From Candidatus Woesearchaeota archaeon (GTDB lineage: Archaea; Nanobdellota; Nanobdellia; Woesearchaeales; ARS49), in NCBI GenBank assembly GCA_037445145.1, contig JBBILB010000006.1, positions 2,064-66,063 on the forward strand: 64,000 bases of DNA. Direction: 5' to 3'. Both the position numbers and the translations under genes were made by a program. The notes beneath the pieces are model-generated. The model was not told the DNA's origin. It saw only the letters and a program-made list of their open reading frames with translations, and did not search any database. The first letter of the stretch is position 1, and every line of letters begins with the position of its first letter. Positions 26,702 to 36,275 of the stretch are shown here, one piece after another.

Positions 26702-27460
26702 ATGCTGCGCAACACGTTTCTTTTTTTGCCAAAAGTTGGATTGGCAACAGAGCAGAAAATCTGGGCTCAGGGGATTTCTGACTGGAATGCCTTTGTTGAG
26801 GCAAAAAGAGTTAAGGGCTTTTCTGCCGGACGCAAGGAGCAGGCAAATGCAAGGATTCATGAGTTCAAAACAGAGCTTTGGAATGAGAACCTGAATTATT
26901 TGTCAAAGAGTTTGCCTTTGTCAGAGCATTGGCGGCTGTATGACCACTTGAGGGATGATGCTGTTTTTCTTGACATTGAGACAAACGGCTATTATGGTGC
27001 AATAACTGTTGTTGGCTTGTATGACGGCAATGAGACAAGGACTTTCATTCGCGGCTACAATCTTGACCGCATTCTTATTGAGAAGGAATTGCAAAAGGCA
27101 AAAATGATTGTGACATTCAACGGCTCTTCTTTTGATTTGCCTGTGATTGAGAGGTTTTTCGGGTTGAGGTTGCACAAGCCGCACATTGACTTAAGGCATG
27201 TTTGCTCCCGCATCGGGCTTGCTGGCGGGCTGAAGGCGATTGAAAAGCAGCTGGGCATCAGCAGGGATGCTTCTGTTGAGGGAATTTCAGGGAGTGATGC
27301 TGTTTATTTGTGGGAGCAGTTCAGGGCAACAAGGGAAACTGATTATTTGAACATGCTCATCAGGTACAATGAGGAGGATGTTGTGAACCTGAAGCCCTTG
27401 GCTGATTATGCTGTAAGGGAGTTGTGGTCGCAAACCTTTATAAACAACAGGGAGGAATGA
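26702..27460 (+). CDS. RNase H-like (YprB/DEDD) exonuclease
   Basis: FLDIET, TFNGSSFDLP, GGLKAIE, YNEEDV. Confidence 0.85.
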   Translation: MLRNTFLFLPKVGLATEQKIWAQGISDWNAFVEAKRVKGFSAGRKEQANARIHEFKTELWNENLNYLSKSLPLSEHWRLYDHLRDDAVFLDIETNGYYGAITVVGLYDGNETRTFIRGYNLDRILIEKELQKAKMIVTFNGSSFDLPVIERFFGLRLHKPHIDLRHVCSRIGLAGGLKAIEKQLGISRDASVEGISGSDAVYLWEQFRATRETDYLNMLIRYNEEDVVNLKPLADYAVRELWSQTFINNREE

Positions 27461-27960
27461 TTTCCATGCCGGTTTATTCGCAGGAACGGGTAAGGACAGC
27501 GCAGGAATCCTTCAGGAACTTGGGCTACAGGAACTGGAGGGTTGAATTGCTTGGCAGGAGCTTTAATTTCTTTGAAGTGCCGCAGGGCAGGAATCCTGCT
27601 CTTCCATGTTTTGCGCTTGTTCTTGCGGGTAGGAGGGGCGAGGATTACGTTATTGGTGTGAGCGACCTTGTGGATGAGATATTTAGGCCGTTATGGGCAT
27701 TCCACGAGTATGTTGAGACTGTTGAGCCTGGCGCTGACAACAAGATAAGGTGCATTGATGCCCTGAAGCAGGAGATTGATGCTTCCAGGGTGATGCTTGC
27801 GTCTGCCGGCCAGTTTCCAAGATACGTTGAGGCAAGAAAACAGTTCTTTGAAAACATTATCAAGTATGTCAGGGGCAGGCTAAACCATTACAATGCATGC
27901 GTGGTTCCTGAGTTTGAGGAAAGCCTTGAGCACCTTGTTTTGCTAAAGGCAGGTTTATAA
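27457..27960 (+). CDS. Hypothetical protein
   Basis: ORF coupled to the upstream gene; AFHEYVE motif. Confidence 0.55.
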   Translation: MISMPVYSQERVRTAQESFRNLGYRNWRVELLGRSFNFFEVPQGRNPALPCFALVLAGRRGEDYVIGVSDLVDEIFRPLWAFHEYVETVEPGADNKIRCIDALKQEIDASRVMLASAGQFPRYVEARKQFFENIIKYVRGRLNHYNACVVPEFEESLEHLVLLKAGL

Positions 27961-27984
27961 ATACTGTTCTGCAACTTTTCTGCC

Positions 27985-28698
27985 ATGAAAACATTATTCA
28001 TACCTGCGCGCAGCGCAAGGAAGGTAAAGATTCCTTCTGCTGTTCTGAAAAAGCTGCCAGAAAAGGTTGGAATAGTTGCAAGCATTCAGTTTGCACACCA
28101 GGTTCCTGCGATTGTCAAGCAGGTTCCCGGCTCAATTGCGGGCGGGCAGGTGCTTGGGTGCAATGCTGCAATGGCTTTGAGGTTAGCCGGCAGGGTTGAT
28201 GCTTTTTTGTTTGTCGGCTCTGGCGTCTTTCATCCGATAAATGTTGCCTTGCAGTCAAAAAAGCCTGTTTTTTGCTTTAATCCTTACACTAATGATTTCA
28301 GGGAGCTTGACAGGAAAGAGGTTGAGGCGTATGAGAAAGCCAAAAAAGGTGCAATTCTGAAGTTTTTGAATGCAAAGAGTGTTGGGATTATTGTCAGCAC
28401 AAAGCCTGGGCAGAAGAATTTGCAGAGGGCTTTGCAGCTGAAGAAAAAAGCAGATAAGGAATACTTTATTTTTGCTTGCGACATGTTTGATTTCAAATAC
28501 TTGGAGGACTTTAACTTCATTGACTGCTGGGTTAACACTGCCTGCCCAAGGCTTGATGACCAACGCGCAGGCATTGTGAACATAAACGACTTGGTTGCGG
28601 CAGGCATTGTGAGATTCCAGCACGTTCCAGAAGGGTATGAAGTGCCTATTTTTATGGGGACTAAGGGTTTGGCAATAAATGGGTTCTGGGAAAGATAA
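27985..28698 (+). CDS. dph2: Diphthamide biosynthesis Dph2-like protein lacking the N-terminal domain
   Basis: GQVLGC, GSGVFH, STKPGQ, NTACPR. Confidence 0.8.
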   Translation: MKTLFIPARSARKVKIPSAVLKKLPEKVGIVASIQFAHQVPAIVKQVPGSIAGGQVLGCNAAMALRLAGRVDAFLFVGSGVFHPINVALQSKKPVFCFNPYTNDFRELDRKEVEAYEKAKKGAILKFLNAKSVGIIVSTKPGQKNLQRALQLKKKADKEYFIFACDMFDFKYLEDFNFIDCWVNTACPRLDDQRAGIVNINDLVAAGIVRFQHVPEGYEVPIFMGTKGLAINGFWER

Positions 28699-28701
28699 TA
28701 A

Positions 28702-28951
28702 TCATTTTTTCTTGTAGATATTTTTTCTGTGGCCAATAGTTATTTGATCTTATTGAGTCCTGGAGATATATCTGCAATTATCCGGTAATCACCAACTCTT
28801 AGCTTGTAGTCTGTTCTGTATTTAAGCCTCTCAAAGAAACGAAATGGGTTTTCTTTTGATGATACTATTTTGCTAAAAATCCGTTCTTTCAGGTGCTTTG
28901 GAAGATATCAAGAAAGTCTATTGCTTCAACGTCAAAATTAAGTTCGTATAT
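28702..28951 (-). pseudogene. RelE/ParE toxin pseudogene
   Basis: Fragments YELNFDVEAIDFL / LPKHLKERIFSKI...YKLRVGDYRIIADI / IGHRKNIYK in shifted frames; start reads ATA. Confidence 0.75.
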
Positions 28952-29055
28952 TAAGGCCGAGCCTCTTGCGCGCATCAGCCTCTGTTAGAAACTTTCCGCG
29001 CCTCATTCTTTCCCGTGCCTTCTCGATCGATTCTATTATCTCCTTGCTCAATTCA
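28938..29055 (-). pseudogene. Antitoxin C-terminal remnant
   Basis: ELSKEIIESIEKARERMRRGKFLTEADARKRLGL directly upstream of the relE remnant. Confidence 0.6.
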
Positions 29056-29211
29056 GGCTGTTTCCTGCAGGTCTTTGCCGTTAAGCGTGAGCACTGCCGG
29101 CCGCATAAACCCCTGGCAGCCGCCAAACCCCAAGTCTGATGTGTAGCGCAGGCTTGCATTTGAGAATGTTTTTCCCGGAACATCAACAGTAAGCCCTGTG
29201 TAGCGTTCCAT
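29053..29211 (-). CDS. Possible 52-aa hypothetical protein
   Basis: Manual translation MERYTGLTVDVPG...DLQETA; AT-rich box upstream. Confidence 0.3.
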   Translation of the reverse strand: MERYTGLTVDVPGKTFSNASLRYTSDLGFGGCQGFMRPAVLTLNGKDLQETA

Positions 29212-29259
29212 AACCCTGTGGTTTTTACCGGTTATTAATAAAAATTCACCCGTGCTGGC

Positions 29260-30204
29260 TCAGGTCGTTATTTTCACTGCTTCAGAAACACTTGCTTTTG
29301 TGAGCGCCGTGCCTATGCCATAGCCGATGTTCTGGCTGGTTAGCCCTGTTAGTTCCTCAAAGAATGTCTTTTTTGGCCGGTATTCGTAGAGTTCTGCAGT
29401 GATGTTGAGCTGCTGTTCAATGTATCTTACTGCGTCGTCCTTGCTGCCGATTGCGTCAACAAGCCCGTTTTCCTTTGCCTGCTTTCCTGTGAACACAAAA
29501 CCGTTCGCCAGCGCTCTTGCTTTTTCAACAGGGAGCTTCCTGTTTTCTGCGACTGCGTTTATGAATTCCTCGTGGATTTCGTCAAGCAGTTTTTGGAACA
29601 ATGCCATTTCCTCGGGTGTCATTTCTTTCCATCTTGAGCCCGCGTCCTTGTACTGGCCTGAGACAAGCCTGCGGTACGTGACATTATAGTCCTTGAGCAG
29701 GCCTGCGAATTCAAGCCTTGAGCCGGTGACGCCTATGCTTCCTGTCATTGACATTTTGCTCGCAAATATGTAGTCTGCTGCTGATGCAACCCAGTATGCT
29801 CCTGACGTGCCTGTTTCGCGGATTACTGCAACAACGGTTTTGTTCGCGTTTTTTACTGCTGTTGCTATTTCTTCTGTCGCGACAGGGCTTCCTCCAGGGC
29901 TGTCTATCTCGAGAAGTATTGCCTTTATCTTGCTGCTCTTGTCAGCGTCTTTTATCCATTCAACTATTTTTGCTGATTCTGTGCCCTTGTCCCCAACCAG
30001 GTCGTGGTTTTCGCCTGTTGTGAGAACGCCTTTTATCGGCACCACTGCGACATTGCCGAGGACTACGTGCTCGCCCGGCAGGAACATTGCGATCGCGAAG
30101 AACAGGATGATGATGAAGAATATTATGCTTACGAGCGCTCCAAATACCGCCCCTATCACCCTGAAAAACCTCACAAAGCGGCTGTCTCCCTCTTTTCTTG
30201 CCAT
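29260..30204 (-). CDS. sppA: Signal peptide peptidase SppA (S49)
   Basis: IDSPGG, SGAYWVAS, TGSIGV, SGQYKD. Confidence 0.92.
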   Translation of the reverse strand: MARKEGDSRFVRFFRVIGAVFGALVSIIFFIIILFFAIAMFLPGEHVVLGNVAVVPIKGVLTTGENHDLVGDKGTESAKIVEWIKDADKSSKIKAILLEIDSPGGSPVATEEIATAVKNANKTVVAVIRETGTSGAYWVASAADYIFASKMSMTGSIGVTGSRLEFAGLLKDYNVTYRRLVSGQYKDAGSRWKEMTPEEMALFQKLLDEIHEEFINAVAENRKLPVEKARALANGFVFTGKQAKENGLVDAIGSKDDAVRYIEQQLNITAELYEYRPKKTFFEELTGLTSQNIGYGIGTALTKASVSEAVKITT

Positions 30205-30285
30205 GTTTTTGCGAGGCGCGGGTTTTGTTTATAAATTTTGCTTACCCAAAAGCTTTTAAACAGACTTCTGCCATTGTTGGTATTT

Positions 30286-30633
30286 ATGGAGTTTAAGAAG
30301 CCGCTCAGCGCAGAGGAAAGGCAGCAGCAGATGGAGGAAGACATCCGGAGGACTCCTATTCCGCGCGGCAGGCAGGTCATTGGCATCTGCATTCAGCGCG
30401 TTGGCGGCTCAAGGATGAAGGTAAAGTGTTTGGATGGCAAGGAAAGAATCTGCCGCATTCCCGGGCGCCTGAAGAGGAAATTGTGGATTCGCGAGGGTGA
30501 CGTCCTTTTGATTGAGCCGTGGGAATTGTCAGGCGATGACAAGGGCGATGTTGTGTTCAAGTACAAGCCCCACCAGGCAGATGTGTTGAGGAAGAAAGGA
30601 TTGCTGAAGTCGCTTGAGGCAGAAGAGTTCTAG
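30286..30633 (+). CDS. eif1a: Translation initiation factor aIF-1A
   Basis: CLDGKERICRIPGRLKRKLWIREGD. Confidence 0.93.
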   Translation: MEFKKPLSAEERQQQMEEDIRRTPIPRGRQVIGICIQRVGGSRMKVKCLDGKERICRIPGRLKRKLWIREGDVLLIEPWELSGDDKGDVVFKYKPHQADVLRKKGLLKSLEAEEF

Positions 30634-30702
30634 CGTCACTACTCCAGAATAGAAAACTATTTATAGTGACCCCGTTCTTTTTGGAATATTTACAGTGAGG
30701 GG

Positions 30703-31161
30703 GTGTATGATATGGGATTTGGGCGTTTGTTGTTAATAATGGGTGTTCTTGTATTGAACTTTATTGGCGCCATTTTTCTTGAGACAAAGATGGCAGAGTA
30801 TGCTGTTCTTGAGCTCGTGATTATTGTTGTGGCAATACTGCTTTCAATCATTGCGCTTATTGGCATTGCTGCTGAGTCAAGGTGGGCGTGGCCTTTTGTC
30901 ACTATCTTGTTTGCCCTGATGCTTGCGAACTCAGTGTTCCTCTTCGTGACAGTCGGCGCGTTTGTCACATTCGTGCTGATGCTGATAGTCAACATTTTCG
31001 GCATGCTCGTGTCAGTGCTTTCGATTGAGGACTCTGGCTCTGCAATGCCTGCCTCTGTTGCTTCAGAGGCTCCTGCGATTGAGACTTACACAGAAGAAAC
31101 TCCTGCGCAGGTGACTTACAAGGCTCCAAAGGCAAAGAAGGCAGGGAAGAGAAAGAAGTGA
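30703..31161 (+). CDS. Four-TM membrane protein
   Basis: Four hydrophobic segments and a basic tail. Confidence 0.65.
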   Translation: MYDMGFGRLLLIMGVLVLNFIGAIFLETKMAEYAVLELVIIVVAILLSIIALIGIAAESRWAWPFVTILFALMLANSVFLFVTVGAFVTFVLMLIVNIFGMLVSVLSIEDSGSAMPASVASEAPAIETYTEETPAQVTYKAPKAKKAGKRKK

Positions 31162-32655
31162 TTATTCAATAATTACCCCATTGAACTTGAAGCCGTCGTG
31201 AGTGGTGAGCTTTTCAAGGGTTGTGTATTCTATTTTTGGTGTCACTTCAAGCATCAGCCTTCTCAGGGCTTCGCTGACTTTGCTTTCTGCCTTTTGCCTT
31301 GTTGTTTTTGGCGCTATGCGGATAATTAATTGTGATTTTCTCGCTATGACCTGGCATTCTGCTATTTCAGGAAGCTTGAGCAGTGCGTCCCTTATTGCAA
31401 CAAGGTTTATTCTTGCGCCTTTTACTTTTGCCTCAACAATTCCTGTGAGCCTTAACTGTGCTTCTGTGTCCTTTATTCTGCTGATGTTGAAGATTTTTTC
31501 AACGCCAAGGCCGCACTTTGGGCACTTGTCTGCTCTTATTTTTTCGCAGGTGTCTCCGACAAAGTAGCCTTCGAGCAAGGTTCCTGCTCCGTCAATGTTC
31601 CATATTGCGGTGTAGCCGCCCTGCTCCTTTGGTGTGAACTTCCAGTCTTCTATCCACCCGCCTTTTTCCCTTCCTTCTGCAGTGACAGTCATTATTATTG
31701 TTGAAAGCGGCGCAATGTGGTGGAATCCTGTTCCCGGACTGCATTCCGGCAGGAGGTCTTCCTTGAATTCGCTTGCTCCGAAGAAGTCAAGCACTACTGC
31801 CTGTTTTACACCGAGTTTTTTTGCCATTTCCGCTATTTTTTGGCGCTCCCCTTCGTGCATTTTGTCAGCTCCGTTGATGAATAATGCATTTGGCTGCAGT
31901 TTTGCCTTTTTTTCCTGCGCCACCTCAAGCCAGCGGTTTCTCAAGTAAGAGCTCATTCCTGCGAAAATGTTTGCCCTGAATGTTTCTGCCATTTCAACAA
32001 GGCGCTCTGTTGGAATGGCCCCTCCTGCTGCTGTGCAGAGGTTGAGGTCTGCTGCAATGTCAAGCGCTGTGTGCACTGCGTGCCAGCCAAGGTGCGGGGC
32101 GTAAGGGAAAAGGTTCATTCCAACAAGCAGTTCTTCTGGTTTGGAGTTGCTGATTATGAGTTGTGAGGCGATTTCAAGTATTTTTTGCATTGTTTCTTTT
32201 TGTTTTGCAGTGATGAATACAGGGGTTGGCTTTCCGCTTTCTGTTCCTGCGCTGAATGCAGGCATTTTCGGCGTGAAGAACTCCCTGATTTCCTTTTCAA
32301 CTGCTTTTTTCCCTGTCAATAGCTTTAATGACATTGCGAGGACTGCTGCGCTTTCCTGCTCGTGCATGAAGTTTTCGTATGCTGTGAATGCCTGCGAAGG
32401 GTGCACTTTGACAATAAAATCCTCAGGGTGCTCCTTGTAGTATGCCTTTTTCAATAATGGCAGCCCGAGTTTTTGCCAGTCTTCCACTTTTTCAATCTTG
32501 TAAATGTCAACATTGTGCTGTTTGAAGAGTTCCCTGTATGCTTTCACGTGCGGCAGCAGGCATCTTACTGTTGCCTTGAAGCGTTGTTGCTGGAGTCGCT
32601 CAATTGTTTCCCAGCTGATGTGTTTTAATTGGTACAGGGTGAGGTATTCTTTCAT
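31162..32655 (-). CDS. PaaK/ANL-like adenylate-forming ligase (divergent)
   Basis: LPLLKK, P-loop-like SAGTESGKP, FFGASE, YFVGD, KVKG. Confidence 0.6.
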   Translation of the reverse strand: MKEYLTLYQLKHISWETIERLQQQRFKATVRCLLPHVKAYRELFKQHNVDIYKIEKVEDWQKLGLPLLKKAYYKEHPEDFIVKVHPSQAFTAYENFMHEQESAAVLAMSLKLLTGKKAVEKEIREFFTPKMPAFSAGTESGKPTPVFITAKQKETMQKILEIASQLIISNSKPEELLVGMNLFPYAPHLGWHAVHTALDIAADLNLCTAAGGAIPTERLVEMAETFRANIFAGMSSYLRNRWLEVAQEKKAKLQPNALFINGADKMHEGERQKIAEMAKKLGVKQAVVLDFFGASEFKEDLLPECSPGTGFHHIAPLSTIIMTVTAEGREKGGWIEDWKFTPKEQGGYTAIWNIDGAGTLLEGYFVGDTCEKIRADKCPKCGLGVEKIFNISRIKDTEAQLRLTGIVEAKVKGARINLVAIRDALLKLPEIAECQVIARKSQLIIRIAPKTTRQKAESKVSEALRRLMLEVTPKIEYTTLEKLTTHDGFKFNGVIIE

Positions 32656-33248
32656 TTTATCAGCCGCGCAATTTGTTTCATTACCTTGTTCTGGAATGCG
32701 AGCCAGCCTTTTTTGTTATTTGTTCCTGAATAAAACAAGGGCTTTCCTGTTTTTATTTTTATGCACTTGAACCTGTACATCTTTGGAAGCAGGTTTTGCC
32801 TTGGCCACCACTCGAAAGTTCCTTTGATTCTTATGGGTATTACTGGCAGGTTGGTTTTTGATGCAATGACTCCAAGCCCTGTGTGGGTGCATTTTTGTAT
32901 TTTGCCGTCGGGCGAGCGTCCGCCTTCGGGAAAAAGCAGTAAAGAGTTTCCTGCGGTTAGTGCTTCCAGAGCCTTTTCCACGCTGCCGTTTGTTGGTATT
33001 TGTTTGAGTATTGTCAGGAAAAGGAATTTTCTGAACCATGTTCCTTTTTCAAGCCATTCTCTTGATTGTATGCTTCTTATTCGTCTTGGGCTGTGCCATT
33101 GGGTGAAGTAAAACACCAAGGGCCCGTCTATGTAGCTGGAATGGTTTGCAACAAGGATTGCAGGTCCTGGTGGGATGTTTTCAAAGCCTTTTGCGTCCTT
33201 GACATAAAGCTTTAGCAATGGAACCATTACCCACTTAAGTATGCACAT
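32652..33248 (-). CDS. 1-acylglycerol-3-phosphate acyltransferase (PlsC family)
   Basis: NHSSYID and FPEGGRS motifs. Confidence 0.88.
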   Translation of the reverse strand: MCILKWVMVPLLKLYVKDAKGFENIPPGPAILVANHSSYIDGPLVFYFTQWHSPRRIRSIQSREWLEKGTWFRKFLFLTILKQIPTNGSVEKALEALTAGNSLLLFPEGGRSPDGKIQKCTHTGLGVIASKTNLPVIPIRIKGTFEWWPRQNLLPKMYRFKCIKIKTGKPLFYSGTNNKKGWLAFQNKVMKQIARLIK

Positions 33249-33340
33249 TTCACCCTCCTTCTCGACAAAATTCTGGCAGGCGGGTATAAAAAGGTTTTTG
33301 TGGAAAAGTATTTAAAAGCAGTTTTGCCTTTTTTTGTTTA

Positions 33341-34588
33341 ATGCGCGTGAAGGAAGTGGTTAATTGGGCTATGTATGACCTTGCGAATACTGCTTTTTCC
33401 GCGCTTTTCGTGACTTTCTTTTTTCCGAAATACATTGTTCAGTTCTTGGGCGGCAACAAGTTCCAGGTGGGTCTTGTTTTTGGGCTGTCAATGCTTTTGG
33501 TCGGGCTTTTGGTGCCTTTGATTGGCGCGTGGTCTGACAGGATTAGGAGGAGGATGCCTTTTATTGCTGTCTTCACTGTTTTTTGCTGTGTTTCAACACT
33601 GCTTGTTCCTTTTGTCGGCCTGAAGCCTGCTCTTTTTTTGGGGCTTTTGGCCAATTTCTTTTATCACGCAGCCCTTACGACGTACAATGCGCTTATTCCA
33701 ATGCTTGGCAGTCCTGAGGAGCACGGCAAAATCTCAGGCATAGGCGTTGCGCTTGGGTACCTTGGCACTCTTTTGAGCCTTGGCATTGCCGCGCTTGTGC
33801 TTAACCGCCTTGGCTGGGAGACTTTGGAGGGCACAAAGGCGGTGTTTATTGTGACTGCCGTGTTCTTCTTTGCGTTTTCCTTGTTCCTTTTCTTTGGCGT
33901 CAGGGAGCGGGGCAACAGCGTGAAAGAGCCGTGGCATGCTTATACCCATCACGCTCTCAGCGATGTGCTTGCAACGCTAAAGCATTTGAGAAGGCACAAA
34001 GGGCTTATTCCCTATCTGGTAATCATTTTCATGTTTGTTGATGCTGTGACTGCCGTTATTGTGTTCCTTTACTTGTACGGCAGGAGTGTTATTGGGCTTG
34101 AGACTCAGGCGTTCATGGTTGTTTATGCCTTGTTTGCGCTTTCTGCTGTTGCAGGAAGCTATTATGTTGGCAGATTGTCAGACAGGATTGGCCCGAAAAA
34201 GACGTTGATGCTTGCGGGTGCTTCGTGGCTTGTTGTGCTTGGGGTTTTGCTTATGGTGCAGTCCCTGCCGATGTTTGTTTTTGCAGGGCTTTTGGGCGGT
34301 GTTGCAATGGGCGCTGTCTGGACTGCGTCAAGGCCTTTGCTTATCGCCTTGAGCCCCAAGAAGGGTGTTGGGCAGTTTTTCGGGTTTTCAGAATTGGCCA
34401 ACAAGCTTTCAGGGGTTCTTGGCCCTATTGTTTACGGCTTTCTGGCAAATGCTTATGGCGACAATGTGGCAATTGCATCCCTGTTTGTGTTTTTCATCGT
34501 TGGAATGTTCTCGTTATGCTTTGTGCCGGATGTGAGGAATGGAAGCCGCGTGATTGTCGGCTTGAAATGTCGGAAACCACATTCTTAA
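33341..34588 (+). CDS. MFS transporter (UMF1/BtlA-like)
   Basis: WAMYDLANTAF, GAWSDR, GRLSDRIGPK; about 12 TM helices. Confidence 0.88.
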   Translation: MRVKEVVNWAMYDLANTAFSALFVTFFFPKYIVQFLGGNKFQVGLVFGLSMLLVGLLVPLIGAWSDRIRRRMPFIAVFTVFCCVSTLLVPFVGLKPALFLGLLANFFYHAALTTYNALIPMLGSPEEHGKISGIGVALGYLGTLLSLGIAALVLNRLGWETLEGTKAVFIVTAVFFFAFSLFLFFGVRERGNSVKEPWHAYTHHALSDVLATLKHLRRHKGLIPYLVIIFMFVDAVTAVIVFLYLYGRSVIGLETQAFMVVYALFALSAVAGSYYVGRLSDRIGPKKTLMLAGASWLVVLGVLLMVQSLPMFVFAGLLGGVAMGAVWTASRPLLIALSPKKGVGQFFGFSELANKLSGVLGPIVYGFLANAYGDNVAIASLFVFFIVGMFSLCFVPDVRNGSRVIVGLKCRKPHS

Positions 34589-34624
34589 TCCGTACTGAAG
34601 CAGGGAGATTGCGAATGGCGGTTT

Positions 34625-34711
34625 CCGAGCATGCTCAAGAACCACTTGCATTTATCTAAAACGCAGGATCTTGTTGTTCAGGATACTTGCTCTAGCAAGT
34701 GGTTCTTGACA
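34625..34711. repeat. 15-bp perfect inverted repeat preceded by CCGAGCATG
   Basis: TCAAGAACCACTTGC (34635-34649) pairs with GCAAGTGGTTCTTGA (34695-34709). Confidence 0.75.
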
Positions 34712-34762
34712 AGATAAAAGCTTAAATATACCAAACATTACTGTTGTTGCTGGTTGAGAGGG

Positions 34763-34909
34763 ATGGTTGAGAAGAAGAAGTTCAGGTGCGGCACGTGCAA
34801 CTGGAAGTTCTCAAGGAATTACGTGCCTCAATTGTGCCCTTATTGCGGCAAGGCGACTGTTGAGGAGGACATAAGCCCTTCTGCTGACAAGTTGGTTCAG
34901 AATTTGTAG
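34763..34909 (+). CDS. Small zinc-ribbon protein (48 aa)
   Basis: Manual translation MVEKKKFRCGTCNWKFSRNYVPQLCPYCGK...; SD and TATA upstream. Confidence 0.7.
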   Translation: MVEKKKFRCGTCNWKFSRNYVPQLCPYCGKATVEEDISPSADKLVQNL

Positions 34910-34919
34910 TAAAGGTGTC

Positions 34920-34990
34920 TTCTATTATTTCTCCGGACTCGCGCGACATTACGGAGTAAGGAGTGCATGAGTGAGGAGTGTCTTGTTGCG
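34920..34990 (-). repeat. Structured repeat family 1, partial copy
   Basis: Contains GACACTCCTCACTCAT plus the hairpin/CGGAG module shared with 38030 and 56112. Confidence 0.75.
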
Positions 34991-34998
34991 CCGCAGCG

Positions 34999-35066
34999 CC
35001 TTGAAGTTTGCGCAGTGCAACGAAAGGCTCAGCTGGACCGCAGTTCAGCATGCTTGATGGAGTTTT
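34999..35066 (-). repeat. Intergenic repeat family 3, copy 2
   Basis: Matches 13839-13916; starts at the upstream stop codon. Confidence 0.7.
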
Positions 35067-36183
35067 ATCCCGCTGCCGCAGTTGTATTCGTTGCGTTTGT
35101 CTCGAGGTCCTTGTATGTTATTCCAACGAGGTTATTGATGTTCCTGAAAACGAACGTGCCGTCGTCTTCCTGCGTGCCGACTTCCTTCCAGGCTTCTGCG
35201 AGCTGTGCGTACTCGCCTGCCTCCTTGTCAAGAAGGAGTGTTGGGACAAGTTTTATTCCGTACTTGCTTACAAGGTCTCTTCCTGCTTTTGTTGAGATGT
35301 CTGCTGTCTTTTCCGCCTTGAAGACCATTCCAAAGCCCTGCGCGAGCACTTCCTTGTGGAGTGATGCGTTGTAGCATTCCTTGCAGGACTTGTCAGTGAT
35401 GTAAGTGAGCGTCACAAGCCCGTGCACCTTGTTGTCAGGCAGGCCCTTGTATGGTGGAGGGGTTTGCCTGAACACAAGCATTCCGTTGTCTTCCTGCGTG
35501 CCGACTTCTGGCCAGACTTCTGCCACGACCCTGTACTCGAGCGCTTCTGGCGAGAGTATCATTGTGGGTATTTTTTTGATTCTGTATTTTTCTATCATTG
35601 TCAGCGCTTCTGGTGCTGACAGGTCAACATTCTGCTCTGAAACAACAAATATTCCTGCTCCTTTGAGCTGGCTTCCGGACTGTGTTATGTCAAAGCACAG
35701 CGGGCAGCTTGAGTCTGTTATGTAAGTGACTGAGACCCTGCCAATGACCCTTTTGTCTTTTGTGCTGTAATACGGGGCAGGGGTTTCGTTGAAATAGTAC
35801 GCGTTGCCTTTTTGCTGGAATCCTGGCAGTGAGAGGCCTTCTGTGTCGCCCGTGATTATTGCTGCCGGCAGTCTTGCAAGAGAGTATTCCTCAATTAGTT
35901 TTTTCCCTTCTGTCGTGTTGTATTCAAAATAAGCTTCTGTCACGTTTACGTTTGGCAATTGCCTTACTGCCTCTGCGAATGCCGTGCTTGAAAGGCATAC
36001 GTCGCATTTGGGCGGAGTGACCACTGTGACTGTGAGCTGTACCTTTTTTTGGGGTTCAGGCGCTGGCGCCGGCTTCTGCCAGTAAATCTTATAAGCCAAC
36101 AGCAGTGCCACGACAATTAGCGCGATGAGAAGGCATGTGTTGAGCGTTCTTATGTTGATTGTGATTTTCCTGCCTTCTGCCAA
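35065..36183 (-). CDS. Membrane-anchored protein with three thioredoxin-like CxxC repeats
   Basis: N-terminal TM; CDVC, CPLC, CKEC each followed by a cis-Pro-like Y.I..(L/I/V)PT motif. Confidence 0.7.
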   Translation of the reverse strand: MAEGRKITINIRTLNTCLLIALIVVALLLAYKIYWQKPAPAPEPQKKVQLTVTVVTPPKCDVCLSSTAFAEAVRQLPNVNVTEAYFEYNTTEGKKLIEEYSLARLPAAIITGDTEGLSLPGFQQKGNAYYFNETPAPYYSTKDKRVIGRVSVTYITDSSCPLCFDITQSGSQLKGAGIFVVSEQNVDLSAPEALTMIEKYRIKKIPTMILSPEALEYRVVAEVWPEVGTQEDNGMLVFRQTPPPYKGLPDNKVHGLVTLTYITDKSCKECYNASLHKEVLAQGFGMVFKAEKTADISTKAGRDLVSKYGIKLVPTLLLDKEAGEYAQLAEAWKEVGTQEDDGTFVFRNINNLVGITYKDLETNATNTTAAAG

Positions 36184-36275
36184 TATTTCACCCTTTGTCT
36201 GAATGCTTTGGGTGATGTTTATAAACTTTGTGCATTGGTGTAATCTTTATATACAGGGCGCATTCTCTTTTGGGC

